Source: Chlorokybus atmophyticus
Taxonomy: Eukaryota > Plantae > Mesostigma and Chlorokybus algae
Assembly: GCA_009103225.1 (NCBI GenBank)
Contig: RHPI01003516.1
Span: forward strand, 24,062 to 88,061
Reading direction: 5' to 3'
DNA length: 64,000 nucleotides
The position numbers and the translations under genes are program-made. Each line of letters begins with the position of its first letter. Position 1 is the stretch's first letter. Below the pieces are notes generated by a model. It saw nothing but the letters and a program-made list of their open reading frames with translations, was not told the origin of the DNA and searched no databases. Shown here one piece after another: positions 37,180-48,723 of this stretch.

Positions 37180-39698
37180 TTACACCGAGTAATCATCAGA
37201 CTCGCCCCCCTCATCATCATTACTAGACAACACGTCCACATCAGAGTCTGCCTCCCACTCAACAAACTCCTGCACATAATGTGGGTTGTGGATCTTCTTC
37301 AGCTGCCTCAAGTTGGTGAAGACAAACACCAACTTCTCTGCCCTGCGTGCTTGCAGCCGATTCCTTCTCTTTGAGTGGATGAAGTCGTACGTGCTCCAGG
37401 ATCTCTCACAGCTACAAGCTGATGATGGTTGAGCCAACACGCGCATCGCTAGCTGCTGCAACTCGGGTACACTACCACCATACATGTGCCACCAAGCATG
37501 CGCGGGCATTGTGAGAGCCGCTCGTTGCACTGCCTCTTTGCCGAACAGCCCCATCTTACTTCGGTACATGTGTAGCTGTTGCAACGCCAAGTCAACCTTG
37601 TCATGGGACTGCAGGACCCTCTCCACCATCGTTGCAAAGCCTTCCATAACTTCCTCATTGGTGTGCTGCTCATGACCCCAATATTCGGGATCCAGCACAT
37701 AGCCTGCTGCATGCATGTCACTATGCAGCATGATCCACCTGTCCCTCCAACAGGCGCGCACATCAAGTCGTTGTTGTTCAGTCATGCCCTTCAGATGCTT
37801 GAGCTGGTCGCCAACACGAAACATCTTGGCGTACACTTTGCCTATGGTGGGCAAGTTCCCATCAACCAAACGCAGCAGATCCACGATGGGGGCCGACACC
37901 GCATTCACTAATGCCACTTGTGACCAGAAATCTGGTGCCAAGATCAACGCTCTGACTGCAGCAGCTTCTTGCTTATGCACACCCTTGTCGGCCCAAGCCT
38001 TCCAGTCCCTGCTCACCACCACCTCGTCGAGAGCGTCTTTGACCTCGACTAGCCTTGCAAGAGTTATGAATGACGTTGCGAAGCGAGTATCTCCTGCACA
38101 ACAAGTAGCTATGAGCAAACAAGCACGCGCATGACATGAGCATGCATGCATGCGCGGGCAATCAGCTGCAATTTCACATGGTTGCTGTCTACCATTAATC
38201 TTGCGCTTGTACTAAGTTGATCTCTAACTACACACATGCACGCATGCTATTTCACCTGGCTTGAGCAGCTCTAGCTTGGCTTTGGAGCGGAAGATGGCCA
38301 AGGAACGATGGTGGTTGGTAATGAACTTCACTATGCGTTTGCCATCAGCCACCACGCTTTTAACCCACTCCAACTTGCCTATATCCTCAAGCAATAAGTC
38401 CAAGCAATGCGCGGTGCACGGCGTCCATGTGATGTGCGGGTATTCGCTAGTGATCAGACGTGCAGCAGCTACGCACACGCTTGCATTGTCCATGACAACT
38501 TGTATCACATTCGCGGACCCCACCTGCAAGTTACACACATAAGTACTTGTGTTGTGTGCGTGTATGAGCATGCGTGTGTGATGCATGTGCTCACAAAGTG
38601 CTGCCAGTCAGTGCGTGCATGTGTCACACGCATAAGTACTTGTGTTGTGTGCGAGCATGAGCATGCGCGTGTAATGCATGTGCTCACAAAGTGCTGCCAG
38701 TCAGTGCATGCATGTGTCACACGCATGCGTACTTGTGTCGGGTGCGAGCATGAGCATGCGCGTGTGATGCATGTGCTCATAAAGTGCTGCCAGTCAGTGC
38801 TTGCATGTGTTACTTAGCATGGTTGTGTACACAATCTATAATGGCAATGAACGAGTGCACCACTTACTTCATCAATGGTGGAGATCAGCTGCTCGGATAC
38901 ATACTCCGCCGTCTTCTCCTTCCCTTCCGTGTTGATTGCTTGAAGAAAAACTTCTCCTTTAGGACTCACCATGAGCACATTCAACAATGGACGGTTGGAC
39001 GTGTCCGACCATCCATCGCTAGCAATTGTGCATGAGGTTTCTCGTGTTGAGTCCTTGATGACTGCAAGTTCGCCATTCACCCTAGCATACTCCTTTTCCA
39101 ACAAGGTTGTGCGAAGCGCCTCGGATGAGGGAGGGGTATATGAAGCGCCAAACTTGCCAACCGCTTTCATTGCTGCGATAAAGTAAGGGGACCTTGCCAC
39201 GTTGAAGGGGATGCCATTGCTGAAGAAAAACCGAGCAATGGCTTCATCCACATGCGCTTTATCCCCACGCTTGAAAGTTGCATCAAGAGTTTGTTGTTGA
39301 CTAGAAGGAACGGTGGCGCTTGAATCTATAGCACAATGTGATTGATTTGATGCGTGATGAGCAGCACCACTGCTTGCCAAGCTTCAATGCATGCACGCAT
39401 GCATTCAAGTACCTGCACCAGCATCCCCAATGGCGGATGTGAGTTGATCTAGCAAGTCCAACCTCCTCCTCTTCTCACCCTCTTTCTCCTTGTCTTTCTT
39501 GGCTTGTGTAAGTTGCAAGACGATCTCCTCGGGAGGGGTTGTGCACTTGGTGACTCCACGTTCACCACTCAGATGGGCACCAATACGTGAAACACTTCCT
39601 GTCCACTCGTGCTCGCAATAAACACACCTCACACGAAAGTTGCCATGAGGCTTTCTCTCTATTATGTCGACGTGCTTCCACAGCGCACTTTGCGTCAT
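37180..39698 (-). CDS. hAT transposase (BED finger, DUF659-like core, dimerisation domain), 641 aa
   Basis: Exons 39698-39413, 39325-38868, 38523-38256 and 38093-37180 splice GT-AG into one open frame. Motifs CVYC...H, SDGWSD, VMDNA, CTAHCLDL, TRFA and SSACSCERSWS. Confidence 0.92.
38541..38815. repeat. Three 93-bp tandem repeats in hAT intron 2
   Basis: Units start at 38541, 38634 and 38727. Confidence 0.9.
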
Positions 39699-40321
39699 TC
39701 TAACATAAACAAACACTATTATGAACACATGCAAATCACATATAGCACGTTGATGGTATGACTTGCAGGCTGCATGATGTATGATGGGCGCATAGCCAAG
39801 CATGCAGGCAACCAGTGCATACCCACGCACACACCTTGTAGCTAATGGCTATCAGGCGCAGCTACAGTAGCTTGAGAGATGAAGCTTGCAGCTAAAGGAG
39901 CGCCGTTCCCACCTGCCTGCCGCCGCTAACGCCGCCGCTGCCGCCAACTATGTTGCCTGCACCGCCGCCTAGTTACACTAGACTGACCAGTTACGGTTGA
40001 GATACAGTGCTAAGCTGTATCTCAGCGTAACTGGAGCGTAACCCAGTTACACTGGCGTACAGACTGCGTACAGACTGCGTATTAGGTACGCGGGGTCTCT
40101 GTACGCGTCCAAACGCGTACTATTGGTCTAAAAGTCGCGTACCTTGTGACCATGGTTGACACCTAAGCAGCAAAGGAAGAAGTTAAACCCGGTCAGCAAA
40201 AAAGGTGTCTTCCTTGGCTATGAGCCTGACTCCAAGGCTTACAAGGTGCTGCTGGAGGATACTGAGAAGATTGTGATCAGCTCATGACGTAGTCGATAAG
40301 GTCCATCAATTTTGCGCTGTG

Positions 40322-41219
40322 CTAACCTGCTGTGCTATACAGCGCAAAATCCAAAAAGGTATTTCTAGTAATCTCGTTTGGCTTGGAAGGATCAGCAGTT
40401 ATAACATCCTGAAAGCGTCTGCGAAACTCCTGAAGATCCGGTTTGTGCGCATAGTACGCCCACGTTTTTTTGCACCAGGGTGCGCGGATCGCGTCTTCAA
40501 GCTCCTGCCAAAAGACTTCCCAGCGAACTTGGCCATTGCCATACTTTTTAATTATATTGTTTGTAATCCATAGAGCATGGTCGTGCATGCCTTGCAGGCG
40601 CTCCCCCTGCACAGGCGGTTGATCCCCTGCAAGTGGTTGCCCTCTCGCCATGGGTGGTGCAGGGTGCGCTGGTTGCTTGCGATACGCTTCTGTGGAGTGG
40701 CGACGACACTGCCATCTAGTAAGCGCTGCACCCAGAATACAGCAAAGCTTGGGATCCGATGCATGATGAGTAACTCAATAAGTTGCAACATTTGGCGAGC
40801 TGTCGCACAAAGACAGCACAGGCTAGGCACGGCAGGGCTTGTAAAACCAACCTGCAGTTTCATTCGTAAATTGAACTGCAGGTTGGTTTTGCAAGCCGAC
40901 CCATGCAACCGAAGAGCAATGCTAGCTGATCAGCTGGCAGTGCTACTCGCATGCACAGGTTCAAATGCCTTCTTATTATAGCCTTGAAGAGAACAACCAT
41001 ACAACCCAGCCATTAATACATGCCTTCAATTCTAAAGGCATATATTAGTGGATGGGTTGTATAAAGGATGAATCACTGCAAGCTGCAGCTACTACTGCCC
41101 ATGATGGACTCCAAGGACTAATAGCATCTACTTAATTGAATACTAGCATTTGACATCTCCTGGTGAGTTTGTGCCCGATAGCAAGCACTTGACTGCTTTA
41201 TGAATCGGTCAACGAAAGC
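40322..41219 (-). pseudogene. Fragmentary unknown gene (helical region plus possible EF-hand-like region)
   Basis: Exon-like segments AFVDRFIKQSS...(TAG) and LWITNNIIKKYGNGQVRWEVFWQEL...ITRNTFLDF, with GT/AG borders and disrupted frames. Confidence 0.35.
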
Positions 41220-43564
41220 CTGAAGTTTATGACGCTAGCCACAATGTTGTTGCAGCTGCATCATGTAACGTCGCATAAAGCAAACATCCGCATGGCTTAA
41301 GCATGCACGAGCAGTTTTGTCTACATATGTCACCTGAAGTTGCTAGTGCAAGCAATGCATAGGACGAGCTGGCTTGTTCGACTCTCCCATCGTACAGGTA
41401 CAGCACGCTTTGACAGAGCCTCGAGCGTTGCTTGGGCTTCACAAAAATCTCCTGCAGGAGCTTGTCCGGACTGTTGCTGTAGCTGATACTAAGAATCACC
41501 GCTCGCATGCGCCCAGAGCAGAGCAAAGCTGAGCTACTACCGCTCCAGGCGACGCACTTGTCGCCGCTGTGGTAATAATGGGAAAGCTCGTGAGCTGACG
41601 GACGGTCATGTCAGTCGAAACGCCCGGGAGAGAGTTTGCCTCTGCGCCGAAGTTGTGAACATCGGCTGCGAGTTGCCGGTGGGTCGGCCCGGCGGTGACA
41701 GGCCAGCCGTTTCTGCTAAGCCTGCGTTGCACCCCATGAGTCAACCGACAGTCGGGCGGATTTCTTGCACGAGCGCCGCCGGCTTGTCGCGTTGTAACGT
41801 TATCGTTATCAACACCTCCAGGTATTGACCTGAACCAACCCGTCCTGTTGATAGCCATGAATGTAAACTTTCGGTTATGTCGTAAAGGCTGGAACTGCAC
41901 GCCCATAATCATCATGGCTTATCATGGCATATACCTGTAGTCGCAGGTAGTATTGTCCTGCTAGTAGAGTGAGTATCGTTCTACGGCGTTATCGTTTAGC
42001 GGCCGCTCGGTAGCAGCAATCAGAGCGCGCCAACGTTGGCGACATGCCCACGCGCCTGCGACCTTAGAATCCGTAGCCGCTGCATGCATGAGCGGCCTGG
42101 AGCAACTTCATAAACGACGACCAGCAGCTGCTGCCACAGTACCAGTGTATAAGTGTAACAATGCCAGTGCATAAGTGTTTTTGCCACCTTTCAGGCAATT
42201 GATATCAAAAAGAGCCCTTCTGGTACTACCACTAATTCATCGGCATGATTCTGCATACTTGGGTACTGATGCAACCACTCCTTGTAAGTGAGCGAGTTTG
42301 AAGCGTGTGTAATATACTCGGAAGCAATCCGACATAGGCCGGCGGCCTCCCCGTCTCCAAAGGGTTGCCTCGCTATGACATGGTCCAGGTTGCTTTACAT
42401 GGCTGGGAGCGAATGACACATGGTTGTCCACAGTCTAGTTGTCGTTCTGTATAATGTGTGCACCATGCGCGGTATAAAGCTGTGAGCTGGGCCTGTGTGC
42501 AAACCCCTGCCCGACATGCCGACCGGGGGCGTCGTCAACAAGGTGTAACTGTGATATTGACCGGACGCTCCAGCCTGACTAACTCTTGAAGGTGAAGTCC
42601 GCGGAGTGCTGTCGCGTCAAGTCTAGCTAGGCCTAAATGCAGCAACACGAGCCTTGTGTAGCCACTGTCACCTGCACACGCAACATGTCACATCACCAGC
42701 GCATCATAATATTGTGAATCAGTTGCACTTTAAGTTGAAGCGTTGTCCCGGTCGTACGTGTGGTTGGTCCATCATGATCTTTGTCATGAGTGCTGATAGT
42801 ATGCGTGCGGGGGAGCAAGCACACACTAGGCATTGTCACTGCCGCCCAGACAGCCTCCTCAGGGCTCGCAGCCTGCTTAGGCACCGTCATCTGTCCCTCA
42901 TTGGCTTCTGTGCTGCCTCCAAGTCAGTCTGTTCACACTTCACTCGCTGATGTCAGCACTAGCAGGCATTGAAAGCCTTGGCCAGCATCGCACACTTAGG
43001 CATACATGCAAGTCACTTGTACACATCATGTAGCCAGATGCTACGCTGGTGGTTGCATCTGCAGAGAACCTTGGTAAACAGTGAGCGGCGTGGCCTCACT
43101 GAGAACTTCCCTCGGTTTGTGCAGGTAGATTGCAAGCTCGGGAAGCGTGTGAGTCTTTGAGCAAGAGCTGGCTGCCGTAGTACTGCGTTGCAGCACAAGG
43201 GTACTTACAGCGCAGTTTGCTGCAACAAAGATCTTGGGGGTCGAGTGCATTAGACGAACTGGCATGCATGAGGCGTTTGATCCGATATGCTGGCTAGCCG
43301 TTTCTTCTCATCTCATGACAATTTATAAGTTGTACATCTGCAAGCTTGAGACCATGTCATTGCTAGCTGAGGTTCATACTGCACACCATGGGGTCGTATT
43401 GTAGTAGTTGACATGGCATATGCCCAGCTTGTTGGCACAGCGGCTGCCATAGCATATTGCATGCTGTCGCATTCATCCTGCAGCCGCCGGTGTAAGACTA
43501 CTAGATCAGCCTGCAAGCTCCATTTAAATGCTTAACACAGCATCATGTCAGCAGTGGTCAGGTC

Positions 43565-45410
43565 ATGACAACATCCTCCATCCGAGTTGTGGTGGCCACT
43601 GCTGTCATTGGGGGCGCCGTTACTGTGGCTGGTGCACTGGTTTTGAAATACTTCAATGAGGCCCAGCTGGCAGCCATGGACCCTTCCAAGCCAGGTATGT
43701 TGGTTGGGCTTGCTTGATTGACAGGGATTACTGCTCCTGTTGATGCTGATTGCGCAAGCGCATTGTGCGATCGTAGGCAGGTGGCCTTATGCACAGCGTG
43801 AGGCGGCCAACCGTAACGGTTTGGAGCTGGGGAACAAGCTCAGAAGTCAGGACTATTTACAAGCAAGAGATGCCATCTTTGCCTTTAAGCATGACTGCGA
43901 AAGCCGCCAGAAATCGTATGCAGATGCCTTCCTCACGGGAGACTGCACATCAGAACAGTACCAGCAGGTGAGCATGCATAGCACTAGCATGCATCTCACC
44001 ATTGACTGCCAGCTTGCAGAAGCTGACCAGCGCTGATGCAATGGTCATAATGTGCGCCTGTATTTATGCAATGCCATTGTTGTGACCGCAGGTGGATGCA
44101 GCGCGCAAGCAAATCTCAGGCATCTGGAGGCAAGCTACCAGAAGTTACAGAGCATGTCAGCTGGCAGACGCTGGCAGCGACATGTTTTCTCGCAACCGCA
44201 GATGGCTTCGCGACAGCAACGAGATGAGGGTGCTAGTAGAACCCATTGATATAGCCAATTGGTACAAGTGCAAGCAGCACCTGCCTGAGAAGGGACCCAA
44301 TGCATACAGTGGACATTACGCAGGTAAGGAAGATGCATGTGTGTGTGCACATGTCTTGGGGATTAGAGTTGCATGCAGGTCATCATGGTGTTTATAGCTA
44401 CCTGTTGTTGGAGCAGATCACATCAGTAAGCCAATCGAAGAGTCCAAGCGGCCGTCTTGGTATGCATTTGTCGAGAGCAAAGCGGAGGCGGAAGGTCTTG
44501 CAGTAGAGAACTCCGTGCAGAAGGCGTTTGAGTATAAGAAGCTGGTGTACGAAGGAAAGCTGGTGTACCAGAGCATTGCAGACGCACGAGCGACGCCTCC
44601 TGTGGGGTTTAAGCGGCTCTCACCTCTGCAGCAACAAGGTGCCACACGCTAGCGCTGGTTGCTCCAGCAGGAAGTGCTTGCACACATGCCATGGGGGGGA
44701 TGATGCTGGAGACTGGCTGACATGCGACCCGTTCGCGCACAGCTGCCACGAGGACAATGGACTGGCAGTACGATGTCTTCATCAGCCATGCTGGCGAAGA
44801 CAAGGAGTTTGCAGACGAGCTGCATCATGACCTGAAGCAGCTGGGCATGAATCCTTTTCTGGACAAGTGTAATCTTGCTGCCGGTGATGCAGCGGATGCC
44901 ATTATGCTTTTTTCTGCAAGAAGAGCTCCCGTGGGTGTGGCAATCATGGGACGCACCTTTTCTGCCAAGACATGGCCAATGAAGGAGTTGTATATTGTGG
45001 TGACTCAGGGCACCCTTCTGCCGGTGGCCCTTGGTATTAGCTATCAGCAGCTTGAGAGCGACCTGCGAGCAAGTCCTCAAAAAAGAACTCTTGGGAAGAC
45101 GGATGAGGAGTGGGAGACCTTTGTCAAACAGGTGGTACGCACTACCATGGTGCTCGACAACAATCAGTATCGAAGGAGATTGCGCGATGAGATTGTGTTC
45201 CACGTGGTGCGAAAGTATGTTGAGATGTGCCCTCAGTTGCCGGACACTAAATGGGGTGCCCGACGCCTTGACACTGCGCTTGCTGCTGTGCGCGGTATCA
45301 ATCCCACCCGCTTTCCAGACCTGCCCGCCGGACAGGTACACGAGGCTCAAAACAAGTGGCTGCCTGGGTTAGAACACATGGTACAAGACAATAGTCACCC
45401 CCGCTCTTAG
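43565..45410 (+). CDS. TM helix + EDS1/PAD4-type EP domain + TIR fusion protein (480 aa model); alternative is a 262-aa EP gene ending 44652 plus a separate TIR gene 44757-45410
   Basis: Exons 43565-43694, 43777-43967, 44092-44323, 44417-44638 and 44743-45410 give an open frame. EP motifs FKHDCE...SYADAF...RKQISGIW...RVLVEPIDIANWYK...GHY...RPSWY. TIR motifs YDVFISHAGEDK...FLD...WPMKEL. Confidence 0.8.
44757..45410 (+). CDS. TIR domain (TIR_2-like), putative catalytic Glu retained
   Basis: YDVFISHAGEDKEFADELHHDLKQLGMNPFLD...SAKTWPMKEL...LLPV. Confidence 0.92.
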   Translation: MDWQYDVFISHAGEDKEFADELHHDLKQLGMNPFLDKCNLAAGDAADAIMLFSARRAPVGVAIMGRTFSAKTWPMKELYIVVTQGTLLPVALGISYQQLESDLRASPQKRTLGKTDEEWETFVKQVVRTTMVLDNNQYRRRLRDEIVFHVVRKYVEMCPQLPDTKWGARRLDTALAAVRGINPTRFPDLPAGQVHEAQNKWLPGLEHMVQDNSHPRS

Positions 45411-47006
45411 CTTGTGTAGTATACATGTTTATAAGCACACGCATGGAATGTATGTTGGTTGCATAAAAACATCAGTCTGACGTGTTCTGCATGTGAGACA
45501 CAATATACGTAACAACACTCAACGAATGCAGTGTGTATATTGTCAACAGATTCAGCAACAAGTACTAAAACATGGGCTGGCGCAAGCTGCTAACATCATA
45601 CAAAAAAACGGCAACATCATCACCATGGTCAGGCGAGCTTGTTGCAGCCTGCACCCCTAGGTCCGCACATCCACATAATCATTAATCATTAAAGCCAAAG
45701 TAAGCATATTGCCCAAAGGGCAAGTGCTCGCTGCGGCTGCGGATATTCTCAGGATAGGAGTTTGACAACGCCTGCAAGTGACACAACTGATTACAATCGA
45801 ACAACTAAGGGTTGTTAGCTTGTTAATGCCGCTTAGCAACTACGAATTTGGCTGAGTTGAAGTAGTATATTTTTTGTATTTACGAACAAAGGTCGCAACA
45901 TACACATACACGCGCACTAGTTACATGCACGGACGCACGCACGCGTGTACACATATGCATATACGTAGGTAGGTAGGTAGGTAGGTAGGGTATGGTAGAT
46001 TGGCTCATAGTATGTAATTACGCAAGTGCGCAAGTATGCAAGTATACAACAGTGTTAATGTGTACTACTCACTTACTTGGAGGTCGGCTTGGCAGATTTA
46101 TGCGCAAGCACAAGGACTGACACATGGAAGTCCTTGTGGATGGATACCATTGGTGCAACATCTGGATGAAGGAATGACCACCACCGCAACGGGAAGGAGA
46201 GGATGGCCGCCAACCTCTCCACTCAGCTTCAGGCACACACACACTCAAGCACATCCCCACACACACGTGCAGAGCTGCCACGGGCACCCCACCCCACTAA
46301 GGATGAGAGGGAGAGCCCCTTTAACACCTAAACTAGGCACCCTACACACAAGACTGAAGTATGCACCTCAAGAGCTGGCCCCACATTTGATGGGACACTC
46401 CTATATACTCCCCCTTGCTGCTCCCCGACCTAGAACACGAATGTCCAAGCCTACATGCACTGGCATTGCTGTGTTGACCGTCATACTTGCCTCGGGGCTG
46501 CCACACATTAGCCTCAGACCTTAATAATGCCTCGGACATTGTGAACGTCCTTAGCTGGTCAGCTGCATAGGCTGACCGTGTAACGGCATCGGTACAGTTT
46601 CAGCATGAGGCGCTGGGTTGTCTCCATCGTCAATAGCGTTTTGTGGGTACCGAGCGCTGCGCTTGCCCGACCAGTGCGCACAATGCAGCTAGCTCGGGTG
46701 GTGCACTGGTGACATGTAAGTCATCGCTGCCAATGGCGTGTGCCTTGCTTGTTGCAACAATCTTAGCTCAACGTGCTTGTTGGCAAACTGAACAGTCACC
46801 GTGAACTGCACGACTTGTTGTCAATCATAGGCGCGTGACTGGTAGCTTTGTATCTGTGTAGCTAGCTCGGCTATTACAGCTGGTTGACATACGGCCAGCG
46901 CTGTTGCCACTTTCAAGCAATCCCCACTGATTTCAGTATTTGACTCTGTGAGCTGAACCGCATTCTACCTACGAAGTAACTACATGTGCACAGAAGGCAG
47001 CCACGC

Positions 47007-48723
47007 ATGCAGCAGCAAACTTCTGCCTTCATCAGCTACTGTCAGAAGGACAAGTCGCATGCGCAATGTGTGCGAAACTTAGCGGACAGATTACAAGCCG
47101 GACGGACTGCGTGTCATTGTGGACTACATGAATGATGGGACAGTGTCGTGGCCTGTCTTTGTCGGACAGATGCTGGAGGACAAGACCAAGGTGCGCACAC
47201 GTAGTCTAGTTGCAACCATTGACCAGCCTCTTGTGACCGCAATTGCACGTATCGTGTGGTGTACTTGAGTTGCTGAGATGCTGGGTGCAGGTCATTGTTG
47301 CCTACGATGAGCACTACAAATACTACTCCCTCAAAGAGCCAGTCTTAGACAACGACATGCTGGGCAGGCGTACTCATGACGAGTACACTAACATCCTTAA
47401 AATGTACGAGCAGCAAAACTTAATGGGCTGGCTGGTGCCAGTAATTTTTAGGCCTCCTGGTGAGAGAAGCCACGTGCCCAGCCAGAGTTAAATTCACTTA
47501 TTACTCCATCAATTAGCAAGACAAGGTCAGAGACAGGGTTTTGACTGTCACTTAAGCTTGCTGACTTGCTAATGAGGAACTATCAGACGGCTTTAGTTGA
47601 CCTAAAGGTGAGCTTCCCCTGATGTCGCGCATGAGCATGCGTGTGCATACGCATTCTGTTTAAGTAGTTATGAGCGGTATTTGATCAACATGGTTGCATG
47701 GTGAACCCTGCTGAATAAGAATACGACGACCTGCTGAGGCACTTGCATAGCATCTCACCGTTTATGACAGCAGCTGGAGCTACTGCCACTACGGGGGCGC
47801 CAGCCAGTGCTGCTCCACACGACAGGTAATGGTTGCTGCAGACCAACAGAAGGTCGTCGACAGATGCAATTGTTTGCACCAGCTGCTTTTGGGATGGCAG
47901 TTACGCAATCTTGTGTTTTAGTCCTTCACCTCGCAGTCCTTCACCTCAACACACTGGCAAGCAAGTTCGTAAGTCCGCTACCAGTGCGTTTCCTGGAAAA
48001 ATTGATGAGAAGGCTATGCATGAGTCGCAGATCTTTAACAGCAGCTGCTCTTGCCAGCTCTTCGTCACAGGCGTACTTGTCAATCAAAGAGCTGTTTGAC
48101 AACGAGGGCACTTTCAACAATCTCTGGAGGGACAACGCTCAACCTGCATTGGACAGGCTTTGAAAGTTTGAAAGAACTTCCTCAGATATCTACGTCAGAT
48201 TTCGCTCTTATAAACAAGATTGCAGCCCTGAAGCGAAGCTCCTGCAGCCTGTAAAAGGGGCGCGCAGGTATGAGCCTATTGTGTTGCTTGCAGCTACCTT
48301 GCACGGGCACACGTCAGTGCACGCATCCACGTTTGCACAGCCTCGTTGTTGCCTATGACCACCCCTTCTCTTCCATTGTGTACTTGCAGGGTGGTTAAAG
48401 ACTTCTGGTACAAGGCGTGGAATTGGTACACAACCGGACTGCTGCCTGTGGATTTTTTTAGCAACAGCAAGCCCTCGGGTGCCAGAGGGAACACCTGCAA
48501 ACTTTTCGCGGAACCCATTGATATTGCGAATTATTACCGCCTGAAGCTGTGGGAGCAGTGGCCGGAAGGCAATCGTCACTACCTGGAGGCGAACAACCGC
48601 CCAGTCCAATACGTGTTTCTGGAACTTCAGTACAAGAAGCACAACCCCTATAGCGTTGCACCCTTGTCAACGGCGCATGCGCTTCGTGAAGCAGACGCGG
48701 TTGAGGCCAGAGCGCATCTGTAG
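47007..48723 (+). pseudogene. SEFIR-like TIR + EP-domain fusion gene with a frameshift and a premature stop
   Basis: Exon 47007-47190 AFISYCQKDKSHAQCVRNLADRLQ[+1 nt at about 47098]DGLRVIVDY; exon 47291-about 47459 VIVAYDEHY...THDEY...LVPVIF; exon 48071-48267 with TGA at 48161; exon 48390-48723 DFW...LPVDF...LFAEPIDIANYYR...HYLEANNRPVQY. Confidence 0.8.

Larger units (their letters stand above)
36942..40154 (-). mobile_element. Full-length hAT transposon
   Basis: TIR CATGGTCACA(T/A)GGTAC. Perfect 8-bp TSD GTTGACAC at 36934-36941 and 40155-40162. Confidence 0.95.
36909..40290 (+). pseudogene. Copia integrase C-terminal fragment split by the hAT insertion
   Basis: VFGCTAYVLT|PKQQRKKLNPVSKKGVFLGYEPDSKAYKV rejoins across the insertion. 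Confidence 0.85.

Noticed and set aside
42200-43564. Expected lipase-like domain upstream of the EP gene (canonical EDS1/PAD4)
   Set aside because: No GxSxG lipase motif seen in the ORFs here, so no EDS1 or PAD4 gene symbol was assigned.
44757-45410. Bacterial Thoeris/TIR defence operon
   Set aside because: Adjacent genes have spliceosomal introns and the context is eukaryotic retrotransposons.
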